A stretch of 64,000 nucleotides of DNA, from the NCBI RefSeq assembly GCF_964204645.1, contig NC_134033.1, positions 826,131-890,130 of the forward strand, read 5' to 3'. A model generated the notes under the pieces. It saw only the letters and a list, made by a program, of their open reading frames with translations, ran no database searches and had not been told where the DNA came from. Position 1 is the first letter of the stretch; each line of letters starts with the position of its first letter. Position numbers and translations under genes: made by a program. The DNA is from Tubulanus polymorphus. Taxonomy: Eukaryota; Animalia; Nemertea. This document shows positions 1 to 12,459 of the stretch, piece after piece.

Positions 1-80
1 CTACTCGGTACTGGTCAAGTTCTGTCCACCCTACTCGGTTCTGAATACTCGTAAATCAATAAAATTCAACGCCAAGAATA

Positions 81-155
81 GAAAGTCTGAAATGTTTCCT
101 TGAGCTAATGTAGTTGATTCAACGTTTCGACTTTATCCGAATAGTAATCTTCAAG
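81..155 (-). ncRNA. Degenerate minimal hammerhead ribozyme, Penelope-like pLTR remnant
   Basis: Minus strand reads TTGAAGA-TTACT...AGT-CGAAAC-GTT, i.e. a CUGANGA/GAAAC core with C3 mutated. It is followed by tagctcaaggaaacatttcagact, which recurs at about 5190 and 5297. Confidence 0.55.
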
Positions 156-964
156 TTTACCGTGTATTCGAACTAGTGTAGTTTCGACTAAAGTTTAATT
201 CATATACAGAATTCTACTGAATTTTCAGTCGTCTTGTTAGTATACAGGAATTTTGGGACGGGGATTTAAGCCATTACAGCGCGCTAGTAACAACCGGCCT
301 AGGCCTATTATTATATATATATATATATATATATAAATACATTCGTACATAAAACCGGGAAAATGAAAGTTCTAACAGCGATATACACCGTGCGTGGCGT
401 ATATAGATATTATTGAAACAGCGAGTACAAGTTGTTGTACTGCGAGTCTCTACAGTGTCAGCACAGTTATAGAGAACCCGATCATTGATTGGTATATAAC
501 CGCTATAAAACCGCTTCTGGTTTTACCTCCAGAACATATCAGAATAAAACATTTGGAATATCTATCGGAAAACACTTCCACCGGACGGACCTAATTTCAT
601 GAATTTATATACAGGGGATGCCGAGGGGTGGGGGTACGCAAGGCCCTCCCCCCCGCGGCCCGGAAATCCGCACGGTCATTGCGGTCAATTCGCCCACAGA
701 TCGGCGATATTGTAGCTAGCTCCCCAAATCACATCCCCGCTTAGACATTCCCCGAAACATATATACAACCGAAAAATACTACCCCGCCCAGAAATACAAC
801 CCAGACATAACATTATGCGTCGGTTGTATTTTTGTATATCTGATAATAAAGGCTAAATATCGGGGATATTTTCGAAGAAGGAGTTCATCGTTTAAACCGC
901 TAAAATAAAAAAAAATTAAGCGTATTCGAAAACAGTTTAAAATTTCTCGGTTGAAGGCGAGGCG

Positions 965-1069
965 CGAGCCTCTCCGCGCCTCTCCGCGCCTCTCCACGCC
1001 TCTCCGAGTCTCTCCGCGCCTCTCCGCGCCTCTCCGCACCTCTCCGAGTCTCTCCGCGCCTCTCCGCGC
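965..1069. repeat. 10-bp tandem repeat (CCTCTCCGCG)n, about 10 copies
   Basis: Directly visible periodicity; explains the RRGE/RRGA ORF at 779..1039. Confidence 0.9.
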
Positions 1070-1989
1070 ATTCCCAGAAATCAGGGTTTTATTTCTGAGC
1101 AGCGGCTTTACTCAATAGATTGAATTCAAAAACCTCGAACCTGACTGGAAAAATATCGAAATAAATCGGGGGCGATATTTCTGAATCCCGATTCCTGACT
1201 CCAATATACGAAAAAACCGTGGCGAATAATTTAATATCTTCAATTTATTTTTCCATTTCAACCTTGGGCTGCGGGGGGTGCTGCACAGAAACACCGTAAC
1301 AAACACGTTCGATCTCGGAAAAATTGTCACCGAAACAGCATGTTTCTTGTTTCCGCGCCGTTGATACGACCACCACACGACGGGTAGAAGCATTGTAGCG
1401 GAAACATTGTTTCTGTTTCCTGTTTCTGCGTTTCCCCGCGTCGAGTGCGTTAGTTTTTATACCCAAAAGGCGGATCTCAGGATTCTTTGAAGTGGACCTT
1501 TAAATTTGGTACCTTATTTGAAAAGGGCACATAATATGGCAATACGAGGGCAAGCAAAACATTGATGGAGGTTCTGGTGGTCCCCCCCCCACGGAGGATT
1601 CTGGACAAACAGAGGCTTTTCTCGCCCTTATCTCTCATCACGGCCCATCGGATTTATTTGTTAGTCTTTTAAAATTCTTTTGGCCGATCACCTGCTTCAT
1701 ATCACGCGGAATAGTTCGCCGCGGACTTTGCCAACACGACAGACAGCGCTCCTTGTTGTACAAAGACCGGCCGCATAATGTGTTGTAAAATTTAAAAAAA
1801 GCTCGATTTTATAGACGCGCGACACAGACGACTTCAGCTTGTACGACGCGTATATACCCAGCGTTCAGAACGGACTGTAATAGTGCGCGTCATAGCAATG
1901 AGTAAAACATGCGTCGTCAATTCGCATATTCCCTCAAGAGAATTAAAAAATAATCCAACTGCAATAATTCCTATATATCACATTCCTAA

Positions 1990-2406
1990 TTCCCCTCACT
2001 CCCTCACTCCCTATTACTCTCCCCTTCCCTAACACTCTCCTCCCCCAACACTCTCTCCTCCCTATTCACCTCTCTCTCTCTCTCCTTTCTCTCGCCCTTT
2101 CTCCTTCCCCCTCTCTCAGTCTAGCCTCCTCTCCCACTTTCTCCCTCTCCTCTCCCCTCTCCTCTCCTCCCTCCTCTCCCCTCTCCTCTCCCTCTCCTCT
2201 CTCCTCTCTCCTCTCTCCTCTCTTCTCTCCTCTCCTCTCCTCTCCTTTCTCCTCTCCTCTCTCTTCTCCCCTCTCACCTCTCTCCTCACTCCTCCCTCCT
2301 CTCCTCTCTCCCCTCTCTCTTCTCCCCTCTCACCTCTCTCCTCACTCCTCCCTCCTCTCCTCTCTCCCCTCTCTCTTCTCCCCTCTCCTCTCTCCTCTCC
2401 TCTCCA
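1990..2406. repeat. Polypyrimidine (CT-rich) low-complexity tract
   Basis: About 400 bp of almost pure C/T; explains the ERRGE ORF at 2116..2445. Confidence 0.95.
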
Positions 2407-4418
2407 CATTCCACACTCACCGGGTATACGAATCGACTCTCGCATTATTTATATACTTAATTATTAAATCAATTTTTGAGAATGAGCGCATAGTAAAAAT
2501 AAATCATACATAGGCTTTTTTAAAACGAAAATGGAAAAAACCAAATCGACTGCCAAAACATCCCCATAGTGTTGCGGGTCAGGTTCGAGAGATTATGGGT
2601 TGTTTTTCTCTTGTCGTCATAGCGTCAGCGTCATAGCGTCTGTCGACGCTTTTCAATATTTCATATACACGCGCGACGGTGCTTTATTTCGTTGTTTTTT
2701 TTTTTGCTCGGCAATGCAACGTGACAAACATCCGCGACTGAAGAGTTGTTTTATCACCCGCAGACGTAGTCATCGTTCGAAAAGGAGAATTTCAGCGCGC
2801 TGCGCGGCGATAGAAAAAAGGCATTTCGTGAATATTAGAAATTCGAAATTTAGGGAATAAAAATAAGTCTTCGACAAAACTCCCGATTCAGACAAGATAA
2901 TAATAACCGAACGCACTATAGTTCGGTCGTAACGTATTTCACAGTGTCGGCCATCTTGAAATCGGTGCGAACTACAGCGATCGCGCTCGATCCCGTGGTC
3001 GAGTATTTTCGGACTATTATCACAGTTCCGACTAAACTGACATTCGGTTTCATTGGGGAACATGCAGAATTCACGAATTCGGCTATTTCCTCGCGACGTG
3101 GACTTGTGTCGTTCAAAAACAGTTGAAATAACAACTCGAGCCGCACTCGAATGTGGTTCATTATCAGATTTATTGGTGTCATAATATGAAATCAATCGAT
3201 GAAATAGAATGAGGGAAATTGTTATCATATTCTAAAGGAGGTATACAACAGACTTCATATAGGCCGCATGAATATCTGCCCACGTCGCGGCGAAATAGCC
3301 AAAGTCGTGAATTATAAATGTTCCATTTCGTCGACTTCGCGGTTCCGATAACCGAAGTTCGCTCGAACTGTTGAAACTGGGGAAAACCCAATCGTCTATA
3401 CATAAACAGGACCCAGTTGTTGCACAATTGCTGAGTTTACGTTAGACCACAAATTCTTTAAGACTTAACGTGTTGGTTTTGTTGTAAGGGACACCAAACC
3501 AAAACGAAATCAAACGAAATCTACTTAACAAATACTTAACGGGATCCATCCCTATTTTCAGACCAAAAAGTAGCTAAACTCATAGAAAATGAAATGATTT
3601 CGGCAACTCTGGCGAAACACTCGCAATTTCTACTCGAGAGTCCGTTGCTCGTATGGTACCACCAAATCGAACGGAACAGTTTTCCTATCTTTTTTTTTTC
3701 TCGCGCATTTCAAAACGGCGGCCGAAATCGGGGACGAATAATTTCGAAAGTATTTTCGTGCGACCGTTCTTTTTTCCTCGGTTGTCGTAGAGAGTATATA
3801 TATATATACGTGTAAGCTAGGAAAGCGACGGCTTTTAACACAGTATATAGTTTTAGTATCGGCGGAGTTCGAGAGCCAGCGATATCGTACACACCACGCG
3901 TATAGGGAGTGCATGTATTGTACACGGACTCGTATAGGCTTTAATAGGACGACTTATCATTTACCAACCAACAGATTCTTATATATCAGCGAATATAGAA
4001 ATCCCATACTAGGAAAGTCCGCAATTCATACAGTCAAGTCTCTATGTATAATTTCGGAAGTGATAGTAAAGATGTTACGAATGACAGAAAAAGTCGGCAA
4101 TAATTCCTTGAGCAGAGTTTAGTTCAATTAAATTTATGGTATAATTTATAGCCACGTCTATTTATTTTATAGATAGTTTATGTACTGCCGAAGCTAGTAC
4201 ATTTTGGTAGATTTTTGTTTTGATTTGGTGTTCCGTACAAACCCACCACGACACCACGCACGAGTTGGTAACTAATATTTGCCCATATATTCAAGTATTC
4301 ACGCATTTATATCTGATGAGTTTTTTCTGCGCTCCAATTGAGGAAGCGTCTTTACGCCGAGCAAAATCAAACTAAATCCTCTGAACTTTAGAATAGGCCA
4401 CCTTACTCAAACGCGCTA

Positions 4419-4588
4419 CAGTCAACCCCCAGATTTACCGCCCACATCGGCGCAGAGCGATTTTGGCGGTATAGAGAGTATGGCAGTATATCGGGGGTAT
4501 TTTACTATTGAGATGTAGCCTAAATTAAGAAAACCTCGTGGTAGGCGGGGTGGCGGTATATGGCAGGGTGATATATCGGGGATGACTG
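4419..4588. mobile_element. Tc1/mariner (pogo-like) MITE
   Basis: TA|CAGTCAACCCCCAGAT ... ATCGGGGATGACTG|TA: terminal inverted repeats starting CAGT, flanked by a TA duplication. Confidence 0.75.
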
Positions 4589-4686
4589 TATTTTGAAATA
4601 AAGCTTCTCGCTGTTAAAATTGTTAGACTTTATATACAAGTTAGAAAGAGAATTCATTCATTCAATCGAATTAAAATTCAAAAACA

Positions 4687-4730
4687 CGCAACGTTTCGAT
4701 CTAACGCTATATAGAGATCGTCGTGTCAGG
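4687..4730 (-). ncRNA. Minimal hammerhead ribozyme-like motif, Penelope type
   Basis: Minus strand CTGA(CA)CGA-CGATCT-loop-AGATCG-AAAC-GTT: a 6-bp stem II, palindromic AACGTT stem III, and a 2-nt insertion in the core. Confidence 0.55.
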
Positions 4731-5101
4731 TGGAAGTGTATATAGTGCAGGCTTTCATCTTAATCACTGATTTTCGACCGTTCAGGAAATACTTTTGTTA
4801 CGGAATAACGGATTTTTAAATGCCCAAAACAAAGACGCTGATTGCGTAATAAGATTTGGACACAAACTAGGGGTAATTTACAACTTAAAACAGTTACATA
4901 TTATATACTAACTAAACATATTAAGAGCAGAGTCAAGCTATAGGGTATAGGGGGATACTCTTATATACACTCTAGTGCTGAAAACGTGTTGTAAAATTCA
5001 ATGAAACGTTGAATTATAAACAGCTTGACGCGGGATTCTATATACCATTTACAACACGGACTCAGAGTGTTTCATCAATGGTTATAATGAGGACAACATC
5101 A

Positions 5102-5325
5102 GTATTCCTGAAGATGACTATTATGATAAATTTAAATATATATATAATTCTAGAATGGAAACCTTAAACATAGTCGAATAAACTACACTAGCTCAAGGAA
5201 GAAATTTCATAGTCTTTTTATTTTCAGAATGGGATCGTATATTATTTAAATGTATAATTCTAAAATGGAAACCTGGAACATAGTAGAAACGTCGAATAGC
5301 TCAAGGAAACGTTTCAGACTCTTTT
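5102..5325 (+). ncRNA. Hammerhead ribozyme relic with internal duplication, Penelope-like pLTR
   Basis: tattc-CTGAAGA-TGACTAT ... ATAGT(A)-GAAAC-GTC-gaata. Stem I tattc/gaata and the GUC triplet are intact; stem II is interrupted by a local duplication of about 110 bp. Confidence 0.55.
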
Positions 5326-6880
5326 TATTTTTTTATTCTTAGCGTGCATGGGTTTCATATTAGCTTTACAACACAGACTCAGAGTGTTTCGTCAATGGTT
5401 ATGCTTGTTTTTTTCACAGAAACTATCAAAACTTAAAGATCCTACGCCCGCAAACCAGCTCCCCGACCTCTAACCCCCCGCCTTTAAGATCAGGTAATCC
5501 GGGAACCAGCAAACATTTTCTATTACAAATTTCAAACTAGTTACATTCATGAAGAGAATCTTATGAAGAATGTAAAATTGATTTAACACTGGACCCAGTT
5601 CCACATGTGGGTTAAAGAATTTTAAAAATTAAATCATTTTAACTCTGACGAGTCCAGGATAATTCACAATACAGTGGAACTGTTTAGAAAAAAAATATTC
5701 GTAGCGCAATATTCATATGAAAAGGAAAAACCCAACGGGATTTAATTGCACATTTTGCGGTGGTGTTGTGAGGTTTGAACGAAGACCAAGGTATTTCGAT
5801 TCAAGTACGAATTCAACCCCCGGCTCAAGAATTTTGTCATTTTAGAATTTTTTTTTTGGGTTTGAACTCGTTCGCGACGACAGCGAAGTCGAATTCAAAA
5901 CCGATAACTGGGAAACACACTGTGGTCCATTGTCAAGTTGGTTCTAAAAATACCGAACTAAATTTCGTTCGAGTTTCGCTTTTATATTTTTATAATTCAA
6001 TCAACACATTTTCACCAAAGTTCATGTATTTTTATCTGGATCCAGTTCCACTGCCACTCAAGGCCGATTCTTACTAACAGCGAATTTCAGCCGAATTCTG
6101 CGGTGTATTTAGTAGGCCAGTTCCACGGGATTTGTGAGATTTGTATCAAGTGTTTTTTTAGTCCTGTTTTGTTAACAAAGATAATTAAATTGGCACATTC
6201 AGCGTGGGAGTTCACCTAATACTGACTTTTTGGACACAAAAGTACCCTTTTGGAATGTGGCAAGCCCTCCGAAATTGGCCTCTAATGATCCGCCCCTTCG
6301 GTGGCTTTTCCCTGTCCAATATTCAGCTTAACAGACGGTCCATTAGGCCCTTTTCAAATCAAAATATTACCACTTTGGAATAAATCAGTTTTGAATATAA
6401 TCAGTTTGGAAAATGCCTCATATAATTTAGTCAAAAAACGCTAAGACCCTTTTTGATTGTAGAGAGGGTATAATCAAATAATCTTTTAGTCTATTTCGAC
6501 GATTGACTGCATTTGGATATTGCTGCCCCTAATCCTTGAGTGTCTGCGTTGGCAGAAATCTTCTACAGCCAAGAAGACACGCACGCAAAGGCCCCGATAG
6601 TTTGTCTTCATTTTCGAGTGATCGTTCTTCGATGTCTAAATAATGAATTAGGATCCAGTTCCAAAGTTCCCAGTTAACATAGAGTTAAAATAAATTGATT
6701 TCAAATAAACTGATTTTAACTCAGAGTTAACTCACAACTGTGGAACTGGATCCTGCGTTCAGAGTTAACTCACAACTGTGCAACTGGGTCGAACGAATCA
6801 GTTTTGAATAGCATTGATTCGTCACTATTTTCTTCATATAATTTGCGTGTGCAGTTTTTTTTCCCGGTAAGATACGAACC

Positions 6881-7650
6881 TTCTTTTTACCTGAGCCCAA
6901 AGGGCGGCCTTTTTTACCCGTGGTCAACTTCCTCTTGAAAGCGGTGTTGGCGGTCGTCGGCGGCATTTCAAGTTGTTGTATCGAGTCGTCTGCCGCTGGT
7001 ATTGTTTGTAGCGGTTTGTCTGGCTCGGCTGCTGGGGGAGGAGTTGTCGGCGGAGCTGACGGAGTTGCCGGTAGTTCATCGTGTCGCAATACGTATCGGT
7101 CATTCGCTAACCGTTCGATGTTACCGGACTCGACCTCGCGCGCCAGGGCCATACTCAAATGCGTTTTCAACCAGGACGAACTTTCCGCGTTGCCTTCCAA
7201 CCACTGTTCTATTTCTGAGTAACTGGCGCCGATTTCTTCCTCGTGACGGTTCGCGTCGCGATCCGGGCCGGCGTCCGGGGGATCCGACCCGATCGCATCC
7301 CCGCCGTCGTCGTCAACAGACATCACTTTACCGTCGCTAACAATCGCTTTGATCGCCTGATACAAATCAGACCGAGTTTGAGTCGAGTTTATTTTTTCGT
7401 CGGCCGACAAATATTTTTTCTTCCATTTCGCCGCATTTCTATAACTGGCGCTGCCCTTGTAGTCGACTTTTATCGCTAAACCGAGCGAAACGAGCGATTC
7501 TATCGCGTTCTGCGTATCGACGAAACTCAATCCGTACCGACGTTGAACAAACCGAGAAATGTGTTCCAAGTCCGGTCGCGCTTTTCTATTTCGCAACTGG
7601 TCAATAGCGCCCAGAATAAACTCTTGCTGTTTCGTCGGTTGCGGCGTCAT
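6881..7650 (-). CDS. First coding exon of a SAMD1/KAT6-type winged-helix chromatin protein; the gene continues toward or beyond the window start
   Basis: ILGAIDQLRNRKARPDLEHI...KVDYKGSASYRNAA matches the SAMD1-type CpG-binding WH. A second H15-like WH (GASYSEIEQWL...ALAREVESGNIERLANDRYVL) and KKGRP follow. ATG at 7650; donor AG|GTAAAA (about 6891) or AG|GTTCGT (about 6880). Confidence 0.85.
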
Positions 7651-8850
7651 CTTGTTCTGTATCCGCGGATTTTTTTCGGCGTTAAAACCGTCGCAGTTTT
7701 TAGCAAGGCGACTCGTCACAGGTCCGACAGTATTTACCGAGAATGCGCGGCTCTCGTTCTATCAATCTGCGTTGTATATCTTCGATACAGGCACAAGCCG
7801 CGGTGGTTCAATGCCTGTGTGTGTGTGTGTCTGTGTGTGTGTGTGTGCAGAGTGTCTGTGCGAGGCGTATAGCCAGCTCTAGCTTTACTCATGTAACGGA
7901 AGATTGGCATTGCGCACGCGCATACGCGGTTATCGTCTGCTGACGGCTGTTACACGCAGACACATGTACGCGCGTACGTACACATATACCGATCATTAAA
8001 AAGTCGATTTTTGATCCGCAGTTTAGTCGGATCTGCACCAGGAAGCAGGCCACTTATTTGATTGATTCTGTTTGCGAAATAATAGTAATAAGTCAGAGAG
8101 CTATGTGTCACACCACGGGGAGATATACAAGACACGGACACGCGTCTCACTCACCCGCGCCGCGATCTGCATAGGTATATTTAGACTTTTCTCTCCGCGC
8201 GTTTCAAGTCGTCGACGCTCCATATTCTGAATTGTCCCTTATCTTTCCTTTTATCGCGAGCTGGCGGTGGGTTTTATTTGCTAAAATCTCTTTTCATCGT
8301 CTCGACGCGATCCCGGTTTGTATGTACGTACACCCGGCCTCTCGGATCGGAATGTCGAAGGGTGCTCGCGGATCGCGGCATACCCGACACCGACTGTTTT
8401 AAAACATCGCTATAATAAACCAAACATCAACTCACTATATCCGACATTCTACGTTTCGTTAAAAAACGAGGAAGAAAGAGTCTATTGAAAACAAAACGAA
8501 TCGGTCTAAAAAAAGTGTCGATGTAATTCGATTTTGGAAAACTGATAGAATATGTTTGAGGACCTCTTTGTGGATGGATGGATGTTGAGAAACTCGGAGA
8601 CGTTGCTGAATGAAATAAAACGAATATAACTTTTAGAAAAAATACACCATTTATCAACTTGACAATAAAAATATCGATTATTCGTGCATAGAAATATATA
8701 CATATCATTTGAGGTATGATTATCCTATGCTTGAAAGTTGCGTATTGGTAAAAAAGGATTTTATTCGAAAAAAAACTTATTTTTTATTTTCTACTTGTAA
8801 AATATTTTTCTAGAAAAGATTCTCGCGACTCGCGGCGGTTTATTTTTTAT

Positions 8851-11128
8851 TTAGACGAGAGTCTCCAGTAGACTGGACGACCGATCCGCTGACGTCACTG
8901 CGCTCAAAACGATGACGTCACTACTATCCGAAGCCGATCGATGATGATGATGCACGTCAGCCACTGACGTCACTATAGACCGTTCCAGAAGTTCGATAGC
9001 CTCCAGCGAGTTGGAACCGGAGTTACCGGAGCCACCCGCTCCCCGAGTCAACATCGTTCTGACTCCACCGCGTTTACCGGCGATCATATCCCTGATCTTC
9101 GACGAGCGATCGCGTGCGCGACCTTTACGCTTGCCGTCTGCAATTGCCAAGGTCACCGCTGCGGCGATCTGCTTACCGGAAGTGTGCTCGTCAGCGCCAC
9201 CTGTTTGTTTAGTAGCTAACTGTTTAGGCGGGCGCAGAATTTGCGCGGATATCGACGAGGAACTGGACTCGCAGGGTATCGAATACTTCCAACTAAGCAA
9301 CTTTCTCATCAACAATAATTCGAGTTTTTCAACTGCCTTTTTATGTTTCAATAAATCCTCCATCAGCCGATTCCCGTCGTCTTGTTTTTTCAGTTTTCTG
9401 TATCTGCGCAACAGGTCCGACGACGATAGATTTTCACCTACGAATTTCTCAATCGTATTCGCGTCTGAAATAAACATGATATGCACATTGATTAATGCCT
9501 AAGTTGTTTTCGAATCAAAATATGCGCGAAGAAATGATTTCCTCCCGCGAGAACTGAATAAAATATATATTAGGCAGTGAATTCTGTGACGCCAGTTTCT
9601 TTTCACTCTCGCTGTATGTTACATCTTTATAGATGGATTTCCGTCAACCCACACCTGCACAGGATTGTGTCTTATGGGTCTACGTTGTGATAAGTGAAAA
9701 TACTGTAGTCAAGTACTTTTGTTACTATCGGTTCATATGAGACTTACAGTCTGTCACACCTACTCTCCGTGCGACGTTTTGGTCCGTAATTTCGTTAATA
9801 ACCGATTTATCTACCTTTATTATGCATCAATTTGTTCAGTGAGGAATTTGCATTCAGAAATAAACAACAATTTTCACTTAAGTTGTTTTTGTTTTCATTT
9901 ATGAGCGATAGTTTACTCAGCATACGCTCGCGTAATGCTGAAAAATCCGCTCCGCGGACGCTCGGAAACGTTACAGTGACGTCATCACCTGCTCATTAGC
10001 ATATCAAAATACAGTAGGTGGCGCCACGTGACGGGCCATAAAAGCCGTTTTTCAGCATTACGCGAGCGTATGCTAGGTAAACTATCGCTGATAGAAGAAA
10101 ACACAAACAAATTTCTGCCAGTTCATGATTTATTTCTGAATGCAAATTCCTTACTGAACAAATTGATGCATAATATTTACAGATCAACCGATTATTAACG
10201 AAATTACGGACCAAAACGTCGCACGAAGAGCATCTTACATGTTTAAGACCGATCTAAGCTCATTCTATTTCAATAGCCAATTCAAAAACTCAAGCCCAGT
10301 CTATTCCTATTTTGATTTGACAGCCTATCTAACAACTTAAGACCAATCTTAGGATTCAAAAAGATCATTTTTTATCTTAAGTATTGACTATGGAACCTGG
10401 CCCCAGTGATAAAGTCTGCTCTACAGATAAATTTGGCTCATAAGACACGTTGAAAATCAGCCAATAATAACGTATTAACTCTACAGTCAAACTTTACCGA
10501 CACACACTGTTGATGTATATCAGATTAGAATCTCTTATTACCTGTATCTATGGTTTTAGCGATTTCGATGTGGGTTGTTTTCTGGTCTAGTTGTACCGCT
10601 AATATTGATCGGTTTACGAGGTTCATCTGTTGTACGACCGCGCCCAATTCCTTGTGCAACATTTCAAGGCGTTTTTGTTCTTGCGACAATATGTTACAAC
10701 GACCCCTATATTCGAATAGAAAAAATAATGTTAGGCCTACCCTTTCTATCTTTCACTTCATCGCCCTTTTTCATGAATCATGATTTCAAAAATGAATCTG
10801 AAAAATAATTTTGCAAATCTTGGATTGCATACTTGAACGATTCTAGATTTTTGTCGAGGCACTTTTGAGCCGCTGCCAAATCATCTTCCAGTTTTTTCAA
10901 AATCGATCTAATTTCGGGATTTTGTTCGGCTTCGAGCCAGTTGTAAATGGAATCGTTTTTTATCGGGTCGACTTTAACGCCTCGACGATGATGATCCGGA
11001 CTCTTTTTCTTCGCGTTGTCCTTTTTGTTGAGCAGCATATTCTGGTTAGTATTCGACTTTAAGGTTAACGTCGGAACGCGGGAGCCTGGACCGCAGTTTA
11101 ACCACCTGAATTGCTGCAGAAATTCCAT
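8851..11128 (-). CDS. 3-exon uncharacterised coiled-coil protein (exons 11128-10833, 10705-10542, 9464-8851)
   Basis: GT-AG introns with compatible phases (2, then 1) join ..NLESF-K-GRCNILSQEQKRLEMLHKEL..AKTIDT-D-ANTIEKF.. into one ORF with a heptad-rich middle and a Ser/Gly-rich tail. Confidence 0.7.
9763..10230. mobile_element. Foldback MITE with about 180-bp inverted arms
   Basis: 9763-9945 is the reverse complement of 10047-10230 (the peptide YYASICSVRNLHSEIN appears in both a + and a - ORF). Ends are CTCTCCGTGCGACG / CGTCGCACGAAGAG; left flank is TA. Confidence 0.85.
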
Positions 11129-11761
11129 TTCTAGCCAGAACCGTTTTTTGGTTTGGTAAAATTGAGCCTGCTTTCGAAGGGAAAACAGTCTTCAATTGTT
11201 GAATATTGCAAATTATGGAAACCATGGTTATTCACTATGGCCTGAAAACTTTGGAGGCAGCTCCAATAACGTCAACAATAAAAGTTATAGTCCATTCATG
11301 GTGAAGCTGGTCCGTCAACTCCATTCGTGGTCAATATACAGGTCAAATACTGCTGCGTCTTTGGTCAGTAATTCTTCATCGTGGAAAGTTATTACAGCGT
11401 ATAATATACACATTTAATGTTTTGAAATTGCAATGTGGACACATAATAAAGTAGAACAATATGATACATACAAGTAGCTGTTTTTTTAATGATTTCATAT
11501 CAGATTTATCGGGCAGTCACGACATTTATTTTCAGATAAATTAATTTCATATTTACAGCAGTTTTTACATCGCGCGGTGTAGACACGATCGAGAAGCACC
11601 CGATACACCTACTCTATTACTGTACTCTAGTAAGTAATCGCACATTGAAGGAAATGATGTCAAAATACCCTTTTTCAGTATAGGCTTCTTCGTGTCATTT
11701 TGAAAGTCTGGGCTGACCACATCTTTGTGCGTAGGAATTCACAACCTGGGCGGTGTGTCTC

Positions 11762-12456
11762 GTGACCACTCTCCCAGTCTGGACAGTGTCTCCTGGTGGA
11801 TAGGAAACCACTCTTCCAGTCTTGACGGTGTCTCCTAATGGGTAGGAGACCACTCTCCCAGTCTGGACGGTGTCTCCTGGTGGATAGGAGACCACTCTCC
11901 CAGTCTGGACGGTGTCTCCTAATGGGTAGGAGACCACTCTACCAGTCTGGACGGTGTCTCCTAATGGGTAGGAGATCACTCTCCCAGTCTGGACGGTGTC
12001 TCCTAATGGGTAGGAGATCACTCTCCCAGTCTGGACGGTGTCTCCTAATGGATAGGAGACCACTCTACCAGTCTGGACAGTGTCTCCTGGTGGATAGGAG
12101 ACCACTCTCCCAGTCTGGACGGTGTCTCCAAATGGGTAGGAGACCACTCTCCCAGTCTGGACGGTGTCTCCTAATGGGTAGGAGACCACTCTCCCAGTCT
12201 GGACGGTGTCTCCTAATGGGTAGGAGACCACTCTCCCAGTCTGGACGGTGTCTCCTAATGGGTAGGAGACCACTCTCCCAGTCTGGACGGTGTCTCCTAA
12301 TGGATAGGAGACCACTCTCCCAGTCTGGACGGTGTCTCCTAATGCATAGGAGACCACTCTCCCAGTCTGGACGGTGTCTCCTAATGGATAGGAGACCACT
12401 CTCCCAGTCTGGGTGGTGTCTTCTAATGGGTAGGAGATCACTCTCCCAGTCTGGAC
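11762..12456. repeat. 42-bp minisatellite, about 16.5 copies, hairpin unit
   Basis: Unit taggagaccactctcccagtctggacggtgtctcctaatggg; the 14-aa periodicity in ORFs on both strands is a by-product. Confidence 0.95.
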
Positions 12457-12459
12457 TCC

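Noticed and set aside
2116-2445. R/E/G-rich ORF
   Set aside because: Translation of a CT low-complexity tract.
10706-10832. Two 35-nt mini-introns or TGA read-through in the coiled-coil gene
   Set aside because: The intervening segment contains stops; a single 127-nt intron explains the frame.
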